Origin: Eledone cirrhosa
Lineage: Eukaryota
Direction: 5' to 3'
Length of the DNA: 64,000 nt
Assembly (NCBI GenBank): GCA_964016885.1
Contig: OZ024741.1
Coordinates: 27,404,001 to 27,468,000 of the forward strand
Shown: positions 1 to 16,385 of the stretch, piece after piece
Position numbering within the stretch: position 1 is the first letter of the stretch
How the letters are laid out: each line of letters begins with the position of its first letter
Notes under the pieces: model-generated
Seen by the model: the letters and a program-made list of their open reading frames with translations, nothing else
Told to the model about the DNA's origin: nothing
Database searches by the model: none
Made by a program: the position numbers and the translations under genes

Positions 1-3000
1 CTAACTACAGAACACATACTGACTACAGAACACATACTAACTACAGAACACATACTAACTACAGAACACTTACTAACTACAGAACACTTACTAACTACAG
101 AACACTTACTAACTACTGAACACATACTAACTACAGAACACTTACTAACTACAGAACACACACACATACTAACTACCGAATACTTACTAACTACAGAACA
201 CTTACTAACTACTGAACAGATACTAACTACAGAACACTTACTAACTACAGAACACACACACATACTAACTACAGAACACATACTAACTACAGAACACTTA
301 CTAACTACAGAACACATACTAACTACAGAACACTTACTAACTACAGAACACATACTAACTACAGAACACTTACTAACTACAGAACACACACACATACTAA
401 CTACAGAACACATACTAACTACAGATCACTTACTAACTACAGAACACATACTAACTACAGAACACATACTAACTACAGAACACATACTAACTACAGAACA
501 CTTACTAACTACAGAACACACACACATACTAACTACAGAACACATACTAACTACAGAACACATACTAACTACAGAACACATACTAACTACAGAACACACA
601 CACATACTAACTACAGAGCACATACTAACTACAGAAAACTTACTAACTACAGAACACATACTAACTACAGAACACATACTAACTACAGAACACTTACTAA
701 CTACAGAACACTTACTAACTACTGAACACATACTAACTACAGAACACATACTAACTACTGAAAATATACTATCTACTGAACACATACTAACTACAGAACA
801 CATATTAACTACTAACACATACTAACTACAGAACACATACATATACTAACTACTGAACACATACTAACTACAGAACACATACTAACTACTGAACAGATAC
901 TAACTACAGAACACATACATACTAACTACTGAACACATACTAACTACAGAACACATACAAACTACAGAACACTTACTAACTACAGAACACATACTAACTA
1001 CAGAGCACATACTAACTACAGAACACTTACTAACTACTGAACAGATACTAACTACAGAACACTTACTAACTACAGAACAGTTACTAACTACTGAACACAT
1101 ACTAACTACAGAACACTTATTAACTACAGAAGACACACACATACTAACTACAGAACACATACTAACTACAGAACACTTACTAACTACAGAACACTTACTA
1201 ACTACAGAACACATACTAACTACAGAACACATACTAACTACAGAACACATACTAACTACTGAACACATACTAACTACAGAACACATACTAACTACTGAAC
1301 ACATACTAACTACTGAACACATACTAATTACAGAACACATACTAAGTACAGAACACATGCAAACTACTGAACAGATACTAACTACAGAACACATACTGAC
1401 TACTGAACAGATACTAACTACAGAACACATACTAACTACAGAACACATACTAGCTACTGAACACATATTAACTACAGAACACATACTAACTACTGAACAC
1501 ATACTAACTACAGAACACATACATACTAACTACTGAACATATACTAACTACAGAACACATACTAACTACAGAACACATACTAACTGCAGAACACATACTA
1601 ACTACAGAACACACACACATACTAACTACAGAACACTTACTAACTACAGAACACACACACATACTAACTACAGAACACACACACATACTAACTACAGAAC
1701 ACTTACTATCTACAGAACACACACACATACTAACTACAGAACACATACTAACTACTGAACACATACTAACTACTGAACACATACTAACTACTGAACACAT
1801 AGTAACTACAGGACACATACTAACTACTGAACAGATACTAACTACAGAACACATACTAACTACAGAACACATACTAACTACTGAACAGATACTAACTCAG
1901 AACATATACTAACTACAGAACACTTACTACCTACAGAACACACACACATACTAACTACAGAACATATACACATACTAACTACAGAACACTTACTAACTAC
2001 AGAACATACACACATACTAACTACAGAACACATACTAACTACTGAACACAAACTAACTACAGAACACATAGTAACTACAGAACACATGCTAACTACTGAA
2101 CAGATGCTAACTACAGAACACTTACTAACTACAGAACACACACACACATGCTAACTACAGAACACATACATACTAACTACTGAACACATACTAACTACAG
2201 AACACATACTAACTGCAGAACACATACTAACTGCAGAACACATACTAACTACAGAACACATACTAACTACTGAACACAAACTAACTACAGAACACATACT
2301 AACTACAGAACACATGCTAACTACTGAACAGATGCTAACTACAGAACACATACTAACTACAGAACGCTTACTAACTACAGAACACACACACACATGCTAA
2401 CTACAGAATGCTTACTAACTACAGAACACACACACACATGCTAACTACAGAACACATACATACTAACTACTGAACACATACTAACTACAGAACACATACT
2501 AACTGCAGAACACATACTAACTGCAGAATACATACTAACTACAGAACACTTACTAACTACAGAACACACACACATACTAACTACAGAACACATACTAACT
2601 ACTGAACACATACTAACTACAGAACACATACTAACTACAGAACCCATACTAACTACAGAACATATTCTAACTACAGAACCCATACAAACTACAGAACACA
2701 TACTAACTACAGAACACATACTAACTACTGAGCAGATACTAACTACAGAACACATACTAACTACAGAACACGCACACATACTATCTACAGAACACATTCT
2801 AACTACAGAACACATACTAACTACTGAACACATACTAACTACAGAACACATACTACAGAACACATACTAACTACAGAACACATACTAACTACTGAACACA
2901 TACTAACTACAGAACACACACTAACTACAGAACACATACTAACTACTGAACACATACACATACTAACTACAGAACACATATTACAGAAGACATACTAACT

Positions 3001-6000
3001 ACTGAACACATACTACCTACAGAACACTTACTACACAACACACACACATACTAACTACAGAATACTCAATAACTACAGAACACATACTAACTACAGAACA
3101 CACACGCATACAAACTACAGAACACATACTAACTACAGAACACACACACATACTAACTACAGAAAACATACTAACTACTGAACATATACTATCTACTGAA
3201 CACATACTAACTACAGAACTTATATTAACTACTAACACATACTAACTACAGAACACATACACATACTAACTACTGAACACATACTAACTACAGAACACAT
3301 ACTAACTACTGAACAGATACTAACTACAGAACACATACATACTAACTACTGAACACATACTAACTACAGAACACATACAAACTACAGAACACTTACTAAC
3401 TACAGAACACATACTAACTACAGAGCACATACTAACTACAGAACACTTACTAACTATTGAACAGATACTAACTACAGAACACTTACTAACTACAGAACAC
3501 TTACTAACTACTGAACACATACTAACTACAGAACACTTACTAACTACAGAAGACACACACATACTAACTACAGAACACATACTAACTACAGAACACTTAC
3601 TAACTACAGAACACTTACTAACTACAGAACACATACTAACTACAGAACACATACTAACTACAGAACACATACTAACTACAGAACACATACTAACTACAGA
3701 ACACATACTGACTACAGAACACATACTAACTACAGAACACATACTAACTACAGAACACTTACTAACTACAGAACACTTACTAACTACAGAACACTTACTA
3801 ACTACTGAACACATACTAACTACAGAACACTTACTAACTACAGAACACACACACATACTAACTACCGAATACTTACTAACTACAGAACACTTACTAACTA
3901 CTGAACAGATACTAACTACAGAACACTTACTAACTACAGAACACACACACATACTAACTACAGAACACATACTAACTACAGAACACTTACTAACTACAGA
4001 ACACATACTAACTACAGAACACTTACTAACTACAGAACACATACTAACTACAGAACACTTACTAACTACAGAACACACACACATACTAACTACAGAACAC
4101 ATACTAACTACAGATCACTTACTAACTACAGAACACATACTAACTACAGAACACATACTAACTACAGAACACATACTAACTACAGAACACTTACTAACTA
4201 CAGAACACACACACATACTAACTACAGAACACATACTAACTACAGAACACATACTAACTACAGAACACATACTAACTACAGAACACACACACATACTAAC
4301 TACAGAGCACATACTAACTACAGAAAACTTACTAACTACAGAACACATACTAACTACAGAACACATACTAACTACAGAACACTTACTAACTACAGAACAC
4401 TTACTAACTACTGAACACATACTAACTACAGAACACTTACTAACTACAGAAGACACACACATACTAACTACAGAACACATACTAACTACAGAACACTTAC
4501 TAACTACAGAACACTTACTAACTACAGAACACATACTAACTACAGAACACATACTAACTACAGAACACATACTAACTACAGAACACATACTAACTACAGA
4601 ACACATAATAACTACAGAACACTTACTAACTACTGAACACATACTAACTACAGAACACATACTAACTACAGAACACATACTAACTACAGAACACATACTA
4701 ACTACAGAACACTTACTAACTACAGAACACTTACTAACTACAGAACACTTACTAACTACTGAACACATACTAACTACAGAACACTTACTAACTACAGAAC
4801 ACACACACATACTAACTACCGAACACTTACTAACTACAGAACACACACACATTCTAACTACAGAGCACATACTGTCTACAGAACACATACTAACTACAGA
4901 ACACTTACTAACTACTGAACACATACTAACTACAGAACACTTACTAACTACAGAACACACACACACACTAACTACAGAACACTTACTAACTACAGAACAC
5001 TTACTAACTACTGAACAGATACTAACTACAGAACACTTACTAACTACAGAACACACACACATACTAACTACAGAACACATACTAACTACAGAACACTTAC
5101 TAACTACAGAACACATACTAACTACAGAACACTTACTAACTACAGAACACATACTAACTACAGAACACTTACTAACTACAGAACACACACACATACTAAC
5201 TACAGAACACATACTAACTACAGATCACTTACTAACTACAGAACACATACTAACTACAGAACACATACTAACTACAGAACACATACTAACTACAGAACAC
5301 TTACTAACTACAGAACCCACACACATACTAACTACAGAACACATACTAACTACAGAACACACACACATACTAACTACAGAGCACATACTAACTACAGAAA
5401 ACTTACTAACTACAGAACACATACTAACTACAGAACACTTACTAACTACAGAACACATACTAACTACAGAGCACATGCTAACTACAGAACACATACTAAC
5501 TACAGAACACTTACTAACTACAGAACACTTACTAACTACAGAACACTTACTAACTACAGAACACTTACTAACTACAGAACACTTACTAACTACAGAACAC
5601 ATACTAACTACAGAACGCATACTAACTACAGAACGCATACTAAATACAGAACACTTACTAACTACAGAACACATACTAACTACAGAACACTTACTAACTA
5701 CAGAACACATACTAACTACAGAACGCATACTAACTACAGAACACTGACTAACTACAGAACACATACTAACTACAGAACACTTACTAACTACAGAACACAT
5801 ACTAACTACAGAACACTTACTAAATACAGAACACTTACTAACTACAGAACACTTACTAACTACAGAACACTTACTAACTACAGAACACATACTAACTACA
5901 GAACGCATACTAACTACAGAACGCATACTAACTACAGAACACTTACTAACTACAGAACGCATACTAACTACAGAACACTTACTAACTACAGAACACATAC

Positions 6001-9000
6001 TAACTACAGAGCACATACAAACTACAGAACACATACTAACTACAGAACACTTACTAACTACAGAACACATACTAACTACAGAATACTTACTAACTACAGA
6101 ACACATACTAACTACAGGACACATACTAACTACAAAACACACACACATACTAACTACAGAACACATAATAACTGCAGAACACACACACATACTAACTACA
6201 GAACACTTACTAACTACAGAAAACACAGACATACTAACTACAGAACACATTCTAACTACAGAACACATACTAACTACAGAACACATACTAACTACTGAAC
6301 ACATACTAATTACAGAACTCATACTAACTACAGAACACATACTATCTACTGAACACTTACATACTAACTAGAGAACACATACATACTAACTACTGGACAC
6401 ATACCAACTACTGAACACATACTAACTACAAAACACATACACATACTAACTACTGAACACATACTAACTACAGAACACATACTAACTATAGAACACATAC
6501 TAACTACTGAACACATACTAACTACTGAACACATACTAATTACAGAACACATACTAAGTACAGAACACATGCTAACTACTGAACAGATACTAACTACAGA
6601 ACACATACTGACTACTGAACAGATACTAACTACAGAACACATACTAGCTACAGAACACATACTAACTACTGAACACATATTAACTACTGAACACATATTA
6701 ACTACAGAACACATACTAACTACTGAACACATACTAACTACAGAACACATACATACTAACTACTGAACATATACTAACTACAGAACACATACTAACTACA
6801 GAACACATACTAACTGCAGAACACATACTAACTACAGAACACTTACTAACTACAGAACACACACACATACTAACTACCGAACACTTACTAACTACAGAAC
6901 ACACACACATTCTAACTACAGAGCACATACTGACTACAGAACACATACTAACTACAGAACGCTTACTAACTACAGAACACTTACTAACTACTGAACACAT
7001 ACTAACTACAGAACACTTACTAACTACAGAACACACACACATACTAACTACAGAACACTTACTAACTACAGAACACTTACTAACTACTGAACAGATACTA
7101 ACTACAGAACACTTACTAACTACAGAACACACACACATACTAACTACAGAACACATACTAACTACAGAACACTTACTAACTACAGAACACATACTAACTA
7201 CAGAACACTTACTAACTACAGAACACATACTAACTACAGAACACTTACTAACTACAGAACACACACACATACTAACTACAGAAACATACTAACTACAGAT
7301 CACTTACTAACTACAGAACACATACTAACTACAGAACACATACTAACTACAGAACACATACTAACTACAGAACACTTACTAACTACAGAACACACACACA
7401 TACTAACTACAGAACACATACTAACTACAGAACACATACTAACTACAGAACACACACACATACTAACTACAGAGCACATACTAACTACAGAAAACTTACT
7501 AACTACAGAACACATACTAACTACAGAACACTTACTAACTACAGAACACATACTAACTACAGAGCACATGCTAACTACAGAACACATACTAACCACAGAA
7601 CACTTACTAACTACAGAACACTTACTAACTACAGAACACTTACTAACTACAGAACACTTACTTACCTCAGAACACTTACTAACTACAGAACACATACTAA
7701 CTACAGAACGCATACTAACTACAGAACGCATACTAAATACAGAACACTTACTAACTACAGAACACATACTAAATACAGAACACTTACTAACTACAGAACA
7801 CTTACTAACTACAGAACACTTACTAACTACAGAACACATACTAACTACAGAACGCATACTAACTACAGAACGCATACTAACTACAGAACACTTACTAACT
7901 ACAGAACGCATACTAACTACAGAACACTTACTAACTACAGAACACTTACTAACTACAGAACACTTACTAACTACAGAAGACTTACTAACTACAGAACACA
8001 TACTAACTACAGAACACATACTAACTACAGAACACTTACTAACTACAGAACACATACTAACTACAGAGCACATACAAACTACAGAACACATACTAACTAC
8101 AGAACACTTACTAACTACAGAACACATACTAACTACAGAACACATACTAACTACAGAACACATACTAACTACAGAACACATAATAACTACAGAACACTTA
8201 CTAACTACTGAACACATACTAACTACAGAACACATACTAACTACAGAACACATACTAACTACAGAACACATACTAACTACAGAACACTTACTAACTACAG
8301 AACACTTACTAACTACAGAACACTTACTAACTACTGAACACATACTAACTACAGAACACTTACTAACTACAGAACACACACACATACTAACTACCGAACA
8401 CTTACTAACTACAGAACACACACACATTCTAACTACAGAGCACATACTGTCTACAGAACACATACTAACTACAGAACACTTACTAACTACTGAACACATA
8501 CTAACTACAGAACACTTACTAACTACAGAACACACACACACACTAACTACAGAACACTTACTAACTACAGAACACTTACTAACTACTGAACAGATACTAA
8601 CTACAGAACACTTACTAACTACAGAACACACACACATACTAACTACAGAACACATACTAACTACAGAACACTTACTAACTACAGAACACATACTAACTAC
8701 AGAACACTTACTAACTACAGAACACATACTAACTACAGAACACTTACTAACTACAGAACACACACACATACTAACTACAGAACACATACTAACTACAGAT
8801 CACTTACTAACTACAGAACACATACTAACTACAGAACACATACTAACTACAGAACACATACTAACTACAGAACACTTACTAACTACAGAACACACACACA
8901 TACTAACTACAGAACACATACTAACTACAGAACACATACTAACTACAGAACACATACTAACTACAGAACACACACACATACTAACTACAGAGCACATACT

Positions 9001-12000
9001 AACTACAGAAAACTTACTAACTACAGAACACATACTAACTACAGAACACTTACTAACTACAGAACACATACTAACTACAGAGCACATGCTAACTACAGAA
9101 CACATACTAACTACAGAACACTTACTAACTACAGAACACTTACTAACTACAGAACACTTACTAACTACAGAACACTTACTAACTACAGAACACTTACTAA
9201 CTACAGAACACATACTAACTACAGAACGCATACTAACTACAGAACGCATACTAAATACAGAACACTTACTAACTACAGAACACATACTAATTACAGAACA
9301 CTTACTAACTACAGAACACATACTAACTACAGAACGCATACTAACTACAGAACACTGACTAACTACAGAACACATACTAACTACAGAACACTTACTAACT
9401 ACAGAACACATACTAACTACAGAACACTTACTAAATACAGAACACTTACTAACTACAGAACACTTACTAACTACAGAACACTTACTAACTACAGAACACA
9501 TACTAACTACAGAACGCATACTAACTACAGAACGCATACTAACTACAGAACACTTACTAACTACAGAACGCATACTAACTACAGAACACTTACTAACTAC
9601 AGAACACATACTAACTACAGAGCACATACAAACTACAGAACACATACTAACTACAGAACACTTACTAACTACAGAACACATACTAACTACAGAATACTTA
9701 CTAACTACAGAACACATACTAACTACAGGACACATACTAACTACAAAACACACACACATACTAACTACAGAACACATAATAACTGCAGAACACACACACA
9801 TACTAACTACAGAACACTTACTAACTACAGAAAACACAGACATACTAACTACAGAACACATTCTAACTACAGAACACATACTAACTACAGAACACATACT
9901 AACTACTGAACACATACTAATTACAGAACACATACTAACTACAGAACACATACTATCTACTGAACACTTACATACTAACTAGAGAACACATACATACTAA
10001 CTACTGGACACATACCAACTACTGAACACATACTAACTACAAAACACATACACATACTAACTACTGAACACATACTAACTACAGAACACATACTAACTAT
10101 AGAACACATACTAACTACTGAACACATACTAACTACTGAACACATACTAATTACAGAACACATACTAAGTACAGAACACATGCTAACTACTGAACAGATA
10201 CTAACTACAGAACACATACTGACTACTGAACAGATACTAACTACAGAACACATACTAGCTACAGAACACATACTAACTACTGAACACATATTAACTACTG
10301 AACACATATTAACTACAGAACACATACTAACTACTGAACACATACTAACTACAGAACACATACATACTAACTACTGAACATATACTAACTACAGAACACA
10401 TACTAACTACAGAACACATACTAACTGCAGAACACATACTAACTACAGAACACTTACTAACTACAGAACACACACACATACTAACTACCGAACACTTACT
10501 AACTACAGAACACACACACATTCTAACTACAGAGCACATACTGACTACAGAACACATACTAACTACAGAACGCTTACTAACTACAGAACACTTACTAACT
10601 ACTGAACACATACTAACTACAGAACACTTACTAACTACAGAACACACACACATACTAACTACAGAACACTTACTAACTACAGAACACTTACTAACTACTG
10701 AACAGATACTAACTACAGAACACTTACTAACTACAGAACACACACACATACTAACTACAGAACACATACTAACTACAGAACACTTACTAACTACAGAACA
10801 CATACTAACTACAGAACACTTACTAACTACAGAACACACACACATACTAACTACAGAACACATACTAACTACAGAACACTTACTAACTACAGAACACATA
10901 CTAACTACAGAACACATACTAACTACAGAACACATACTAACTACAGAACACTTACTAACTACAGAACACACACACATACTAACTACAGAACACATACTAA
11001 CTACAGAACACATACTAACTACAGAACACATACTAACTACAGAACACATACTAACTACAGAACACACACACATACTAACTACAGAGCACATACTAACTAC
11101 AGAAAACTTACTAACTACAGAACACATACTAACTACAGAACACTTACTAACTACAGAACACATACTAACTACAGAGCACATGCTAACTACAGAACACATA
11201 CTAACTACAGAACACTTACTAACTACAGAACACTTACTAACTACAGAACACTTACTAACTACAGAACACTTACTTACCTCAGAACACTTACTAACTACAG
11301 AACACATACTAACTACAGAACGCATACTAACTACAGAACGCATACTAAATACAGAACACTTACTAACTACAGAACACATACTAAATACAGAACACTTACT
11401 AACTACAGAACACTTACTAACTACAGAACACTTACTAACTACAGAACACATACTAACTACAGAACGCATACTAACTACAGAACGCATACTAACTACAGAA
11501 CACTTACTAACTACAGAACGCATACTAACTACAGAACACTTACTAACTACAGAACACTTACTAACTACAGAAGACTTACTAACTACAGAACACATACTAA
11601 CTACAGAACACATACTAACTACAGAACACTTACTAACTACAGAACACATACTAACTACAGAGCACATACAAACTACAGAACACATACTAACTACAGAACA
11701 CTTACTAACTACAGAACACATACTAACTACAGAATACTTACTAACTACAGAACACATACTAACTACAGGACACATACTAACTACAGAACACACACACATA
11801 CTAACTACAGAACACATAATAACTGCAGAACACACACACATACTAACTACAGAACACTTACTAACTACAGAAAACACAGACATACTAACTACAGAACACA
11901 TTCTAACTACAGAACACATACTAACTACAGAACACATACTAACTACTGAACACATACTAATTACAGAACACATACTAACTACAGAACACATACTACCTAC

Positions 12001-15000
12001 TGAACACTTACATACTAACTAGAGAACACATACATACTAACTACTGGACACATACCAACTACTGAACACATACTAACTACAAAACACATACACATACTAA
12101 CTACTGAACACATACTAACTACAGAACACATACTAACTATAGAACACATACTAACTACTGAACACATACTAACTACTGAACACATACTAATTACAGAACA
12201 CATACTAAGTACAGAACACATGCTAACTACTGAACAGATACTAACTACAGAACACATACTGACTACTGAACAGATACTAACTACAGAACACATACTAGCT
12301 ACAGAACACATACTAACTACTGAACACATATTAACTACTGAACACATATTAACTACAGAACACATACTAACTACTGAACACATACTAACTACAGAACACA
12401 TACATACTAACTACTGAACATATACTAACTACAGAACACATACTAACTACAGAACACATACTAACTGCAGAACACATACTAACTACAGAACACTTACTAA
12501 CTACAGAACACACACACATACTAACTACAGAACACTTACTATCTACAGAACACACACACATACTAACTACAGAACACATACTAACTACTGAACAGATACT
12601 AACTACAGAACACATACTAACTACAGAACACATACTAACTACTGAACAGATACTAACTCAGAACATATACTAACTACAGAACACTTACTACCTACAGAAC
12701 ACACACACATACTAACTACAGAACAAATACTAACTACAGAACATATACACATACTAACTACAGAACACTTACTAACTACAGAACACACACACATACTAAC
12801 TACAGAACACATACTAACTACTGAACACAAACTAACTACAGAACACATACTAACTACAGAACACTTACTAACTACAGAACACACACACACATGCTAACTA
12901 CAGAACAGATGCTAACTACAGAACACATACTAACTACTGAACAGATACTAACTACAGAACACATACTAACTACAGAACACTTACTAACTACAGAACACAC
13001 ACACACATGCTAACTACAGAACACATACATACTAACTACTGAACACATACTAACTACAGAACACATACTAACTGCAGAACACATACTAACTACAGAACAC
13101 TTACTAACTACAGAACACACACACATACTAACTACAGAACACATACTAACTACTGAACACATACTAACTACAGAACACATACTAACTACAGAACGCATAC
13201 TAACTACAGAACATATTCTAACTACAGAACCCATACAAACTACAGAACACATACTAACTACTGAACACATACTAACTACAGAACACATACTAACTACTGA
13301 ACAGATACTAACTACAGAACACATACTAACTACAGAACAGATACTAACTACAGAACACATACTAACTACAGAACACATACTAACTACAGAACACATACTA
13401 ACTACAGAATACTCAATAACTACAGAACACATACTAACTACAGAACACACACGCATACTAACTACAGAACACATACTAACTACAGAACACATACTAACTA
13501 CAGAACACATACTAACTACAGAACACATACTAACTACAGAACACATACTAACTACAGAACACACACACATACTAACTACAGAACACATACAAACTACAGA
13601 ACATTTACTAACTACTGAACACATACTAACTAGAGAACACTCACACATACTAACTACAGAGCACATACTAACTACAGAACACTTACTAACTACAGAAGAC
13701 ACACACATACTAACTACAGAACACATACTAACTACAGAACACATACTAACTACAGAACACTTACTAACTACAGAACACATACTAACTACAGAACACATAC
13801 TAACTACAGAATACATACTAACTACAGAACACATACTAACTACAGAACACTTACTAACTACGGAACACATACTAACTACAGAACACATACTAACTACAGA
13901 ACACATACTAACTACAGAACACATACTATCTACAGAACACTTACTAACTACAGAACACATACTAACTACAGAACACATACTAACTACAGAACACATACTA
14001 ACTACAGAACACTTACTAACTACAGAACACTTACTAACTACAGAACACTTACTAACTACTGAACACATACTAACTACAGAACACTTACTAACTACAGAAC
14101 ACACACACATACTAACTACAGAACACTTACTAACTACAGAACACTTACTAACTACTGAACACATACTAACTACAGAACACTTACTAACTACAGAACACAC
14201 ACACATACTAACTACAGAACACATACTAACTACAGAACACTTACTAACTACAGAACACTTACTAACTACAGAACACTTACTAACTACTGAACACATACTA
14301 ACTACAGAACACTTACTAACTACAGAACACACACACATACTAACTACAGAACACTTACTAACTACAGAACACTTACTAACTACAGAACACACACACATAC
14401 TATCTACAGAACACATACTAACTACAGAACACTTACTAACTACAGAACACATACTAACTACAGAACACTTACTAACTACAGAACATACACACATACTAAC
14501 TACAGAACACATACTAACTACAGAACACATACTAACTACATAACACACACACATACTATCTACAGAACGCATACTAGCTACATAACACTTACTAACTACA
14601 GAACACTTACTAACTACAGAACACTTACTAACTACAGAACACATACTAACTACAGAACGCATACTAACTACAGAACGCATACTAACTACAGAACACTTAC
14701 TAACTACAGAACACATACTAACTACAGAACACTTACTAACTACAGAACACATACTAACTACAGAACACTTACTAACTACAGAACACTTACTAACTACAGA
14801 ACACTTACTAACTACAGAACACATACTAACTACAGAACGCATACTAACTACAGAATGCATACTAACTACAGAACACTTACTAACTACAGAACACATACTA
14901 ACTACAGAACACTTACTAACTACAGAACACTTACTAACTACAGAACACATACTAACTACAGAACACTTACTAACTACAGAACACTTACTAACTACAGAAC

Positions 15001-15260
15001 ACTTACTAACTACAGAACACTTACTAACTCCAGAACACTTACTAACTACAGAACACTTACTAACTACAGAACACATACTAACTACAGAACACATACTAAC
15101 TACAGAATACTTACTAACTACAGAACACATACTAACTACAGAACACATACTAACTACAGAACACATACTAACTACAGAATACTTACTAACTACAGAACAC
15201 ATACTAACTACAGGACACATACTAACTACAGAACACACGCACATACTAACTACAGCACAC
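1..15260 (+). repeat. 18-bp minisatellite array, consensus CTAACTACAGAACACATA (common variant ...CACTTA; 24-bp units with extra CACACA), with kb-scale higher-order duplications; runs off the left edge
   Basis: Continuous tandem units from base 1 to ~15260. Roughly 800 units estimated from length. Diagnostic variant blocks recur, e.g. identical 128-aa minus-strand ORFs at 6364, 9975 and 12015. Confidence 0.98.
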
Positions 15261-15355
15261 ATACACACTCATACACACTCTCACTCACTCCCTCTCTCTC
15301 TCACACACACACATGTACACACACATACATACACGCACATACTCACATACTCATA

Positions 15356-15407
<52 letters not shown>

Positions 15408-15440
15408 CACACACACACCCATCGACACACATGTATATAC
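15261..15440. repeat. (CA)n/(CT)n compound microsatellite bordering the minisatellite
   Basis: Directly visible dinucleotide tracts. Confidence 0.9.
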
Positions 15441-15697
15441 ACAAGAATGGTGAAGGAACTTAAGACATTTTTATTAGTCTTACAATGAAACTAGAAATAT
15501 GGTAACTGGAAGAATTTTGTTTAAGCAACATTATAGTATATACTAATATATGAGCATAAAATTGGTTAATCTACCTTAACACATAGTTTCACATCACTCT
15601 TGTAGAGAAACTCTCAGGAGAGCTGGACAACAGGTCTTCTGAGAAGAACACCCACCCCTCTCAAGCTAGTTTTACAGCCCTTAACTGCTGAGAGACA

Positions 15698-15926
15698 TTA
15701 ACCCTTTAATATTTAAACTGGCCATATCTAGTCGGAATTCTCTCACCTCTTTCTTTTCCAGTCAGTCATAACTGGCTACGTATACTTTTGTTAAGGTATT
15801 GTTCTCAAAATAAATAATATCAAAATCTTGTAGATTCAATGTTATGTGAGATAATTATGTGAGAAAAAGTGTTTACCGTGAAAATACAATAGTATATATA
15901 GAGAAATGTAAATGCTCAAGGGTTAA
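15698..15926. mobile_element. piggyBac-like MITE (TTAA-CCC...GGG-TTAA)
   Basis: TTAA at 15698 and 15923 flank CCCTTT...AAGGG termini. A diverged second copy lies at 46845-47066. Confidence 0.7.
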
Positions 15927-16119
15927 AAAGTACATAATAAGTATCATATTAGTCTTGTGATTCTTGGATGTTTTTCTCAAGGAGATTTCCTACAATTTAT
16001 GTACTTTTTAATGTCTCTGAAAATAGGTGAGTGATGTGGAATTATGTGTTAAGGTAAATTAATTGATTTTATGCTTAGATTTTTGTATATGGATTTATAC
16101 CTATATAGTCTAAAGTCTG

Positions 16120-16385
16120 TCTCAAGCCAGGAGCCTCATCAAGCTGGTGCTTATCCAGTTTTGTGACATGAAATGACTGAGAGTACAAGACTCCCCTCTG
16201 GACAGGACACCAGTCCATTGCAGGGTTAAACCCCCAGCTATTACTGGTACTCATTTTCAGCTGAGTATACTGGAGCCATGTGAAATGAAGTGTTTTGCTC
16301 AAGAACACAGCACACAACCCAGCCCAGTAATCAAACCCACCACATTATGACCGTACGTCCAACACCCTTACCATTAGGCCATTGT
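16120..16385 (-). mobile_element. SINE copy (tRNA-like head plus CORE-like TTGAGCAAAACACTT domain)
   Basis: Reverse complement shares head and core with the copies at 18708, 32927, 38050 and 52320. Confidence 0.65.

Noticed and set aside
1-15260. CRISPR array or telomeric repeat interpretation
   Set aside because: No unique spacers, eukaryotic context, and the unit is unrelated to TTAGGG.
426-15463. Long ORFs in the minisatellite (MCSVVS-, LTTEHI- and TNYRTH-repeat proteins, up to 752 aa)
   Set aside because: An 18-bp unit without a stop gives open frames automatically. Some common variants are synonymous or conservative in the LTTEHI frame and many indels are 6 nt. However, +4 and +8 units, in-frame stops and many radical substitutions break every frame, and there is no unique N- or C-terminal domain.
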